A stretch of 64,000 bases of DNA from Eledone cirrhosa (Eukaryota), in assembly GCA_964016885.1 (NCBI GenBank), contig OZ024742.1, positions 158,968,001 through 159,032,000 of the forward strand, written 5' to 3'. Shown one piece after another: positions 17,432 through 28,695 of this stretch. Under the pieces are notes generated by a model. It was not told the DNA's origin and searched no databases. It saw only the letters and a list, made by a program, of their open reading frames with translations. How positions within the stretch are numbered: the stretch's first letter is position 1; each line of letters begins with the position of its first letter. Made by a program: the position numbers and the translations under genes.

Positions 17432-17843
17432 TTCAGAGTAGTTTGGGTGTTAGGGGGGTCGGTGTAAATTTCAGCCTTTTGGGGAGTATGTTGATTTGGT
17501 CTGTTGTTAGTTCTTTAGTGGTTAAATTTATGACTTTTATTACTTTTGGTCTCTCCTGTATGTCTTGTGTCATCTCGTTTCCCTGTGTCTGTGAACTGGG
17601 TCTAAAAAATGATTAAGGTAGTTGTGATGGTTGTTGATGTTGAGTTGTCTCCTGTGGTTGTATTGTTCCCTGCTGTTGTTATTGAAGGTTCGGGTTGATT
17701 AGGGCGTCCCTATATTTAGTGTGTGGTAGTTGTGAAAATTAACTTTTCTTCCCCTCTGTATATTTTTTTCTCCTTTTTTTTCTTATTATCATTATTTTTC
17801 ACTATTTGTACAAATATGCAACTTCACAATATTCTGCATATCC

Positions 17844-17881
17844 GCAATTGACAATGCATTTAATGCTGAAACCGGTATTGT
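17844..17881 (+). ncRNA. Degenerate minimal type I hammerhead in the PLE pseudo-LTR (mirror copy at 15201-15238, minus strand)
   Basis: GCAA-UUGACAA-UGCAUUUAAUGCU-GAAA-CCGG-UA-UUGU. Core differs from CUGANGA at two positions; stem III ACCGGU is palindromic. Confidence 0.6.
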
Positions 17882-17963
17882 AAATAAATTAATGCTTTGA
17901 AATTTCACCAAAAATATCTCTTCAACATTTTCTACAGAAAATATCTTTTTCCTTTCTACTATT

Positions 17964-18040
<77 letters not shown>

Positions 18041-18044
<4 letters not shown>

Positions 18045-18408
18045 TTATTAATTTAACAATGAAAGTAATAACAACAAAGTCGACTTATTTTTACCTATTT
18101 ATTTGTTTCCGAAGAAGACGGCCTGGTCGAACCTATATATAAGGTCTGATAGTATACAGTTATATAACTGCTATAGATCAGACAATATGTCAATATGATC
18201 AACCCTCCGAAACTATCGTAAAACAATGATATAAATAGGTAAAATAACTCGACTTTGTTGTTATTATTTTCATTGTTAAATTAATACCTAATATCAGACT
18301 CTGTATCTAAGGAATTAATTTAGCGAAACACCGAATCTTTCTATGGACTTCACTGGATTACTCACCATCAGATTTTATTGAGTTCTATCTAAGGTTAGAC
18401 CATATTGA
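18041..18408 (+). mobile_element. Fold-back mini-element with a long-stem-II hammerhead-like motif and unique 3' tail
   Basis: 18041-18108 pairs with 18221-18291. CCGAAGA at 18109, 93-nt hairpin, GAAA at 18209, CUAUCG-UA. Tail 18292-18408. Homologue at 53140-53462. Confidence 0.75.
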
Positions 18409-18445
18409 AAAAAAAAAAAAATATATATATATATATATTAGGTAG

Positions 18446-18790
18446 ATTCCCAAAGGGGGTCGGGAAGCGACAACAGTTAGAGAAGGTACACAGTACGTTA
18501 GTAGACTATAAGCATCTTTATGTTATATAGAAATGACTACTACAAAACTTGAACTGTTTCATTCGCATGAAATCCTTAGGAATGTCCAATGTTTAATAAA
18601 GAAATGGCATCTACAGCACTAGAACTGTTTCATTCAAAATTATTTAGGAAAGCCTTTCCTGAAGATTGCTTTTGAATGAAACACTTCTAGTTCTGTAGAA
18701 GCCATTTCTATATTTAACATTATGTTTACACTCTACTAATGTATTGAGTACCTTACTTACTGTGGTTACCCCCAATTGGACCAAGGACTC
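18446..18790. mobile_element. Diverged fold-back element with three hammerhead-like remnants
   Basis: Imperfect inverted arms. CUGAAGA-UUGCUUUUGAAU-GAAA-CACU-UC at 18659-18690 (+) and two decayed minus-strand copies (gaactgtttcattc). Confidence 0.6.
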
Positions 18791-19666
18791 GCATATATAT
18801 ATAAGTGTGTGTGTGTATGTGTGTGTGTGTGTGTGAGTGTGTGTGTGTGTGGCCGCATGCGTGTGAGTGTGTGTGAGTGTGTGTATGTGTATGTGTGTGT
18901 GTGTATGTGTATGTGTGTGTGCGTGTGCGTGTGCGTGTGCGTGTGTGTGTGGCCGCATGCGTGTGTGTATTATATAGAGTCTGGAATTAGCTGTCGAAAT
19001 AGCAAGAGCTCAGCTGTCGGGACCCGACTATTTTTATATATATATACAGCCTGGAAAAACAAAAAGTGGTCGGTACATTCTTATGATGATGACATATACG
19101 TTGTATGCGCACGCGCATGTGTGTGAGCACGCATGTGTGCGAGCACACATACTGGCAGATTAATAGATTAATTGTCCTGTGACTTGGCTACTTTGTCTAA
19201 AATCAGTAAACATTCTGATTTGTTTCAATATTAATGAGAGAGAGAGGGGTCGTGTGTGAAGGAAAGGAGGAAAGTGTGTGCGTGTGCGTGTATGTGTGAG
19301 TGTGAATATGTATGTTTGAGTATGTGTGTGAGTGTTTAATACTTTAGAAAAAATACTAATAAATAATCAAAAAATCTTGATACGTTAATAGTAAAAATTG
19401 GGGTGTTTTTTTATGTTTCTCGAGAGCATTAATGTCGAAAGCGATGTGAAATTGTTTCCAAAGAGAATTGAAATGGACGGAACATAAGAACAGACAGAAT
19501 AAGAAAACTAATGATAAATAAAATAACTGATGAAAGGTTGATTGATTCGGGAATTTTTATGGAACTATGATTAATAGTACTAAAAAGGAAGAGAAAGAAA
19601 AGGAGTTGATCGTCAGATCGGATCAAGGTAATTATATTTCCATTGGGCTTTCCGTTGCTGAGAATA

Positions 19667-20298
19667 ATTGTTTCTACGTTTAGCAGAAGGCCAGCAATTA
19701 CCTCAGTGCATTACTGGTGCTTTATATTATCTACCCCGTAAGGATGAAAGGCAAATTTAACCTCGGTAGGATTTGAACTAAGATCATAAAGGGCCGTAAA
19801 TCTATGCTGCAAAGCTTGGCTTCCGACACACTACCGACAGTGCCAAGATTACTGCTATAGGCACAAGGCCAACAATTTGGGGGAGTACAAAGTCGATTAA
19901 ATCGACCCCAGTTTATTACTGGTGCTTTATTTTATCGACCCCGTAAGGATAAAAGGCAAATCTAACTTCGACGGGATTTGAACATAGAACGTAAAGAACC
20001 TTAACTCTATGCCACAAAGTACTTTGTCCGACGCTCTATCATTCTGCCAATCCACCACCCTATTACTAATACTAATAATAATTTCTAATCTCTCGGCACA
20101 AAGCCTGCAATTCTTGGAGAAGGGAAAGTCAATTATATCAACCCTAGAATTTGACTGGTACTTTATTATATTAAGTCCGTACAGGTGAAATGCAAAGCTA
20201 ACCTCGGCTTAATTTGAGCTCAGAATGTTAAGAGCTGAAATTATATGCCGCCAAGCATGTTGTCCAATGCTCTACCTATACTGCCAATCCACCCCGCC
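19667..20298 (-). mobile_element. Cluster of three tandem tRNA-derived SINEs (about 19667-19844, 19855-20060, 20080-20298)
   Basis: Each contains the family core and A/B-box remnants. Confidence 0.85.
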
Positions 20299-20350
20299 CC
20301 TGTTTTCCAGATAGTAATGATGAAACCGAAGTGTAACTGAAGTGGTCGTG

Positions 20351-20869
<519 letters not shown>

Positions 20870-20904
<35 letters not shown>

Positions 20905-21013
20905 AGAAAGAGAGTGTGTGTGTGTGTGTTATTGTAAGTGTGATGATATTAAAACTTAGCCAAAGAAATATTTTGGGCGATAGTAAAATAAAGGTTTTTT
21001 TAGGTATATATAA

Positions 21014-21106
<93 letters not shown>

Positions 21107-21129
21107 GGGAGAGAGAGAGAGCAAGAGAG

Positions 21130-21172
<43 letters not shown>

Positions 21173-21255
21173 GTAAGTGTGATGATATTAAAACTTAGCC
21201 AAAGAAATATTTTTGGCGATAGTAAAATAAAGGGTTTTTTTAGGTATATATATAG
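20870..21255. repeat. Tandem duplication of a (GA)n(GT)n block plus about 85 bp of unique sequence
   Basis: 20925-21010 is near-identical to 21165-21250. Confidence 0.85.
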
Positions 21256-21280
21256 AGAGAGAGAGAATAGATAGATAGAT

Positions 21281-21540
21281 ATATTTCTTTATTTACCATA
21301 AAGGCATAAAAAGAAGGGACAAATACAAAGGGGGAGTTTACATACAATCGAGTAAAAAGGGTATAAAATGAAAATAATCGAAAATAACCTCAAAAGGGAG
21401 GGGACGTGATGGGGGTTGCACACACCCCTGAAAAAGTGTGCAATCCTTTGCCCGGGGAGCACATGGAGAAGGTGCTCCCCTCTCCTTTACTTCTTTACCT
21501 ACAGGATGGTATACAGAGAAGGCCCATTTACACGAGCCAT
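21281..21540 (-). mobile_element. L1/Tx1-clade element, 260-bp 3' fragment flanked by (TAGA)n
   Basis: Near-identical to 22791-23050. Confidence 0.9.
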
Positions 21541-21545
21541 TAGAA

Positions 21546-21578
<33 letters not shown>

Positions 21579-21580
<2 letters not shown>

Positions 21581-22738
21581 TGTTTCTTTATTAGCCACAG
21601 GGGCAGAAAAGAAGGGGACAAATACAAAGGGGGAATTTTACATACAATAAAAACGTGTAAAATGTTATCACAAATGCAATTTAAAAAGGTTAGTCGATTT
21701 TCCCCAATAGGGGGAGACATTACATATGGGTAACACATACCCCCGAAAAAAATGTGCAACCCTCATCTCCAGAAGTACGAAGAGTTTGTACTCCTTTCCT
21801 CTCCTCCTCCTTTTCCTCAACCTACAGGCTGATATAGAGAGAAGGCCCATTCACTCGGGCCATTCTCGCCACTTTCACCCACCTTTCATAAAACTTGCTG
21901 GGGTACAGCACCTCTCTCTCCATCCTGATTCTTCTTCCATAGTGGTATTTGAAAAAAAGAATCAGTTGTTGGCCGGAGAGAAAGGTGTCTAACCTCAGCC
22001 CTTTCAACCTTGTCCACCATACAACCTCTTTCGCCATAGCTATCACACAAAAGAAAATCGCCTCTCCTTCGTTTTTGAAGGAGGGTGGCGGTTTGATCAT
22101 GACAATGGACTCGGTGGTCAACCGGATTGGTCCCACCCGCGACAATAGTCGTTCTACATAGCCTCACAGGTCAGTAACGCCCGGGCAGTGTATGAATGCG
22201 TGCGCGACGGTTTCTTCGTCTCGCACGCACCTCGGACAGATCTTTTTTGCAGGGTCCCTTCCCGGGCGTCCATGTCTGTAGAGCTTGTCTCGAACTGGTA
22301 GAGCTCCTCGGTAGCACTGCCAGGCCAGGGACTTTTGGAAGTTGTCCATCGGTCCCGGGCGGAAGATCCTACCGAACAGACTGGCCAGTTCGTCTTCCTC
22401 TACGCCTAGAGTTTCACCGAGCGCGTCGTCACACTTGCTGCGGATCAACCCTCTATAGAATGACGAAGTGGAGTCTCCACTGAGCGCCGGGTCCGCCTGC
22501 CAGAGGGCTGTGAGCGCCTGAGCACATTCGATGTGCCAGTCGCCCATTTTCCTCGGTCTTTGCGTGACCCAGGACTGCAGCTCGGTCAGCGAGACGAGTC
22601 GTGGGAAGGCTCGCCTCACGAACGGGGCCCACACCGGATGTCCGGTGAGGAATACGTAGAGATGCCGCAGCCTGAGCGCGTGTTTGCGCATCGTCAACCA
22701 CGGCATCCCCAGCCCTCCGTTAGAAGGGTGTTGGCAGC

Positions 22739-22740
<2 letters not shown>
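21579..22740 (-). mobile_element. L1/Tx1-clade element, 5'-truncated (ORF2 C-terminus and 3' UTR)
   Basis: ORFs 22164..22706 and 21822..22145; CPRC...H...HC zinc-binding motif; (TAGA)n on both sides. Confidence 0.92.
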
Positions 22741-22791
<51 letters not shown>

Positions 22792-23008
22792 TATTTCTTT
22801 ATTTACCATAAAGGCATAAAAAGAAGGGACAAATACAAAGGGGGAGTTTACATACAATCGAGTAAAAAGGGTATAAAATGAAAATAATCAAAAACAACCT
22901 CAAAAGGGAGGGGACGTGATGGGGGTTGCACACACCCCCGAAAAAGTGTGCAATCCTTTGCCCGGGGAGCACATGGAGAAGGTGCTCCCCTCTCCTTCAC
23001 TTCTTTAC

Positions 23009-26000
23009 CTACAGGGTGGTATACAGAGAAGGCCCATTTACACGAGCCATTCTCGCCACTAACACCCACCTTACATAAAACTGCCTGTGGCCGAGCACCT
23101 CCCTCTCCATTCTTATCCTTCTTCCGAAGTGATATCGGAAGAAGTAGACCAGACTATGGCCAGAGAGGAAGTTGCCTGACCACAGACCTTTCAATCGTGT
23201 CCACCAAACAACCTCTTTCAACATGGCTATTACGCACAGAAAAACCGCCTTTGCTTCCTTTGTGAAGAGGGGAGGCGGTTTGATTGTCATCACGGACTCG
23301 GCGGTCAATCGAATCGGCGCCACCCGCGACAGCAGTCGTTCGGGGTAGCCGCACAGATCAACCACGCCCGGACATTGCACCAATGCGTGCGCAACGGTTT
23401 CTTCGTGACGCACGCATCTAGGGAAAATCTTTTTCGAGGGATCCCTGCCCGGGCGCCCGTGTCTGTAGAGCCTCTCTCAAACGGGTAGAGCCCCCCGGTA
23501 GCACTGCCAGGCTAGTGACTTCTGGAAGTTGTCCATTGGTCCCGGGCCGAAAGTCCTACCGAACAGGCTGGCCAGTTCGTCTTCTTCCATGTCCAGCGAC
23601 TCTCCAAGGGTGTCATCGCCCCTGCTAGCCACCATCCCTCTATAGAATGATGAGGTGGATTCTCCACCGATGGCCCGGCCCGGTTGCCAGAGAGCCCTGA
23701 GCGTCTGAGCACACTCAGTGTGCCAGTCGCCCAGTTTTCCGGATCTTTGCTTGACCCAGGACTGCAGCTCGGTGAGCGAGACGAGTCTCGGAAAGGCTCG
23801 TTTCACGAACGGAGCCCACACCGGTTGACCAGTGAGGAATACCTGTAGGTGCCGTAGCCTTAATGCGTGCCTACGCATCATCAACCACGGCATCCCCAGC
23901 CCTCCTTTCGAAGGTTGTTGGCAGCAGATGGATCTTCTCACCATAGGAGGGCGCTTCTTCCAAAGAAATTGGAAGAGCATGCGTTCCATGGTGGTGAGTG
24001 TTTCCTTAGGGCAATGCACGACAGTCAGGCGGTAGTAAGTGACGGACGCTATGTAAATGTTCGCCACCTCCGCCCGGCTTTTTAGGGACAGCTTACACTT
24101 GGCCCATTTCTGGGTTAGTGCAAACACCTTGTTCGTAACCTCGTCCCAGTTCTTTTCCACCTGGAGGTCCGGTCCAAACCAGAACCCAAGCAACTTCACC
24201 GGGCCCTCCGTCCAGTGTCCGACGACACCGTCGGGAGGCATCGGTCTGCCTCTCCATGTTCCGAGTTGCAGCCCGATGGATTTTTCCCGGTTCAGTTTCG
24301 CCCCTGACAACCTTTCGTAATCCTCCAGTAAGGTACCGATCGCCTCGATCTCCGAGTCGGTCGATACCATTACTGTTACGTCATCGGCGTAGGCCGACAC
24401 CGCTTTGCTCAATCCTGGTTCCAGGGGGGATACCCTGCAACAACTCCAACTTCCTCAGTAAAGGCTCGAGAGTCAATACGTACAGAAGGGAGGAGAGAGG
24501 GCACCCCTGTCGAATGGATCGTGTGATTTCGAACGGCTTCGAAATGTAGCCGTTCACCTTGATCCTAGAGCAGATGTGGTTGCTATGTAAGGCAGTGATC
24601 CAGCCTCTGAAAACAGGACCGATCCCAGCCGCCGCTAGCACCGCATCCAGGTAACCATGGTCGACCCTATCGAAGGCCTTAGACTGATCCAAGTTGATCA
24701 GGGCCCCACCGAAGCCGGGTTTGTTGCCAACCCTCTCTATGATGTATCGCATGAGGTGGAGGTTATCGTGAATGGACCTGGATGGGATAGCACATGTCTG
24801 CGCATCTCCCACCAGGCTACCCACGACAAGCGCCAACCTCTTTGCTAACACCTTGGCCAAAATCTTTAACTCTGTGTTTAGCAGGGTTATGGGCCGAAAA
24901 TTATTTATACTATCCCCCTTGTTCTCGTCCTTCCTCACCAGCGAGACTACGCCCTTGGCTACAGAACAAGGAATTCTCCCGTTCTGCTGCCAATTGCAGT
25001 AGACCGCTTCGAGGAGTTCGGAGAAGAAGACCGGCATTGCTAAATAAAGTTCGTAAGGTATACCATCGAGACCTGGAGATTTGCGTCTGCTGCATTGGCT
25101 CAGCGCAGCTCCGATCTCATCAGCCGAGATTGGTCCCTCGCAGGACTCTGCCTCTTCGCTCGAGAGACGCGGCAGGCCGTCGAGGTATGGACCGAAATCC
25201 ACGTCCCCGCCCGGACCCTCGCCTCCCCCGAACAATCGGGCAAAGTGCCTTTGAAAGGCCTCGCACATCTGCTTAGGCTCCCGGATCACCCGTCCATCCT
25301 CGGCTTGCAACGACCGGATGGTGGATCGATTTCCACTCTTAGCTTCTGTCACGCGGGCCCAGCCAACGGCTTTGGCCCCCTCATTACCTAGAGCACGTAT
25401 TTTACTTCGAATGACGCAGCCTTCGTGCTTTGCATCGAAAAACTGGTTCAAGGCCGTCCTCGATGCCAGCACTCTGGCCACATCTTCGCTCTTGATTGCC
25501 TCTTCTAATTTACCTGTTAATTCTTTCTCGTTTCTATTCCTATCGGCAGCTAACATCTTGCTATAACTTATTGATTCTGTTCTAATCTCTCTTTTGAGAG
25601 ATGCCCACCATCGGTTGTTGACGATTGCACCCGTCAACCTCTCCTTAACTAATCTGCTAATCCGGTTTCTGTAAGTCTCTTTTGCCGGTAAAGACAAATT
25701 AAGTTTCCTGTTTATGTGTTTTCTCGAGATTGACTACGCAGGTCACTAATTTGTGATCCGTATAGCCAACCGTGCGCATTTCTGGACAGCTTAATATGTC
25801 CCTATCCTTACTTCTAACTAAGAATCTATCTAAGTACGATCTAGATTGACCACTGTGGTTTCTCCAAGTCCAGGTAGGCACAGTTGGAAAATCTAGTCGA
25901 TATCTATCGACCAAGTTAAAACGGTCGAGTAACCTCTTGAGGCTGTTACACCCCCTCTATTAGGACATGCTCCTGCATAGTCCCAACGTGCATCTAGGAT

Positions 26001-26431
26001 GTCATTCCAATCCCCCGCTAGAAGCAGGGAACGCGACGTTCCCAGAAAAGTCTCCAAACGCTGGAAGAAGTCGGGCCGTTCAGCTCCGAAAGGGGAGTAG
26101 ACGGCGACCAGTCTCAAGGCCGCACCTTCACTACTGCCAACGTCTAGCACCAACAAACGACCCTCCGGGTCCGAGTGAACAACCTGTACGGCAAGACCCA
26201 GGTGTTTTTGCAGCAGTACGACAACCCCACCCCACCTCCAGGTTGACAGAGAGATGCATGCACCTCAAAGTCATCGAAGGTAGGGGCCAGCTGCCGCACG
26301 ACGCTGATCCGAGTCTCACAGATAACCATTACATTTATACCACATGACCTGAGGTCATTTAGAAGCTTTGCTTGCTTCCAAGTTGAGCCCAGGCCACGTG
26401 CATTCAAACATCCTACTCTTAACACATCCAT
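23009..26431 (-). pseudogene. ORF2 (APE, RT, C-terminal CCHC)
   Basis: CLNARGL, ICETR, AGDWN, YLDRFL, TDHKLV; SPGLDG, FRPITLLN, LDQSKAFD, IRQGCPLS, AYADD, KGGLG. Confidence 0.93.
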
Positions 26432-28220
26432 GTGGGCGGCAGAGCCAAAGGAGAGTGTAGAGACCTACCTTTCTGCTTCTCGGGGTTCGGGTTGCACGAC
26501 TTCCATGGGGTCGGGGGTGTTGAGTGAAGGGGTGTCTTGTGGTGATGTGGGGTCGTCAGTGTGTGGTGGGGTTGGGGTGTTTAGAGTTGTGTTGGGGAGG
26601 GGAAGGGAAGGGGGAAAGCTTTTTAGTAGGACGCGGTTTATGGGTTTGACAGAGGGTGGTCCTACGTCCTCCTTAAAATCCTTTTTTAGTTTTTAGTAGA
26701 GGTTCATTGGGATCCTTATTAATTTTAAATGTGGGTAGTTTTCTGAAGAAACAAAGTTTACACCTTCGGTTTGTACCGAAGGATTATTGTTTATGAGTTC
26801 ATTTAATTTATTATTGTTTCTGTTGATGTAAGTATAGTGTAATGTCTTTTTTTCGGATGGTGTGAGTGTTTCGAAGAGGGGAGGGGCAGGTTTGGTTTTG
26901 TTTGTTGCTGGAGGGGTGTTTTGTGTTTTGTTGGATTGTGTTGACATTTGGGTGGGGGTTGTTTGGCCTTGTGTGTTTTGCACATGTTTTCTTTTTTTCC
27001 TTTTAATCTGTCTGAAGGACTCCGTTTCTTCCTCCGAATTCGTTGGGTTATCTTCAGTGTTGGAGGGAAGAGGTATGTTTGCTGGTAATGTTTCCGTGTT
27101 GGTTTTCTTTGTGGGGGAGATGGATGTCACTATGTTAGACTGTGTTGTGTGTTGTGGCTGCGGTGGTTGTGTTGTTTTATTGAGTGAGGGGTTGGGTGGG
27201 CCTGTATTTTGTTTTGGGGTAATGTGTTGTGACTGTTTGTGTTGTGGTGGTGGTGTAGTTTTACTGAGGGACGGGTTGGGTGGGACTGAGTTTTGTTGTT
27301 TGTTTATCTGTTGTGGTGGTTCTGGAGCTGGTGTTGGTAGCAGGGTTTTCTTTTTGTTGAGTTGGGGACAAGCGGCCTTCAGGTGCCCTCTGCCTGCACA
27401 GATATGATAGGACGGCCTTCTCCCCTCCACGCTAATGTTTATATACCCGTGGCCCTCTAATAGGATTCTGTCGGGTATTTGGGCGATGCGTTCAGGCTTC
27501 ATTTGCACTACAAGTTCTATACCTGTTCCACTGAACGCATTGCCTGTGGTTTTCCCAATGGAAATCACGTTGTCATTCACTGGATCGATGAAGCCAGCTA
27601 TGAGCCAGCAGTAGTCCACATCTGGCATCATTGCATCCAGCCATATGCGTTGAGTTCTTTTACCATATAAGATGGATAAAAGGTAAAAATTTTCGAACGA
27701 ATCGGTGACAAAGCACATTTTTTTGCCGCCGATTCGTTTTTCATAATAATCGCTAGGCTTCCATACAGTCTGTCTTTTCTTATGAAAGTGGTTTCATTAA
27801 GTACTTCTGTAAGTACTGTTTTGATTTCTGTTTGAGTTGGCTGTTCAGGTTTTTTTTGAAATGTTGTTGATGGTACGGAAAACGACCGTTCGACTTTCAA
27901 TGTCTTTGGTGAGTTCTTGAGGCATTTTTACCGATAAAATACCATTCTCTCCTTCAGTTATATATTGTTTGGCGTCTGCAATTCTTTGTGCCACATCTGA
28001 AATATGTTCAGGTATATATGTCAAAGATTTCTTTGTTGTTTGTGCAAATGAAATATTATTGGTGTTGACTTTGTCGTCTGCTTTGCTTTCTGTTATGATG
28101 TTGTTTTCAAATGTTATTTTTGTGTTTGTTGTGCCTTTGTTTGTGGTATTAATATTGTCATGCAATTTTTCAAATTTTTTTTTTTCGTTGTTGTAATCAA
28201 TGTCCAGATTTGTGTTTTCG
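26432..28220 (-). pseudogene. ORF1 (gag-like, zinc knuckle, Pro/Thr/Gln-rich tail)
   Basis: VEGRRPSYHICAGRGHLKAAC, a CCHC knuckle with the first Cys mutated; homologous to 35886-36778. Confidence 0.8.
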
Positions 28221-28599
28221 TCATTTTTCTCCGCAGATTAGTCTGTTTTTATTTTATTTTTTCTTTCCTTCTCTATGACGTTAGTTGGGAAGGAAGGGGG
28301 GACTAAAGCGTGCGAGCTTACAACTCTTACCGCTGTCCCCCACCACTATTTTCGTTAGCTTCGTTTAACATTTCTGTCAGACGATTGAAATTTTTTATGC
28401 CACAAAATTTTTAAAAACAGGTTTTTCACCCCTAGGAGGGGTAAAGATGCGCTGACCCACCGCCTGACAGTTCAGACGGGGGGGTCAAGCTACACAATAG
28501 TATCAAAATTAAAATTGAACTTACAAAATTTCCGCAATAAATTTGAACAAAACTTCTGCGCGAAGTCAATTACATCTACGCTGTAGAACAGACGACAGC

Positions 28600-28692
<93 letters not shown>

Positions 28693-28695
<3 letters not shown>

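Larger units (their letters stand above)
15103..17970 (-). mobile_element. Penelope-like element (Neptune-like) with inverted pseudo-LTRs, disrupted
   Basis: About 240-bp inverted repeats (15103-15345 / 17731-17970) enclose RT and GIY-YIG remnants; flanked by (TA)n. Confidence 0.9.
22791..28599 (-). mobile_element. Full-length L1/Tx1-clade retrotransposon (ORF1 and ORF2), frameshifted
   Basis: ORF1 pieces 27845..28165, 27628..27900, 26693..27718; ORF2 pieces from 26431 down to 23009. (TAGA)n at 22741-22790 and 28600-28692. Confidence 0.93.
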
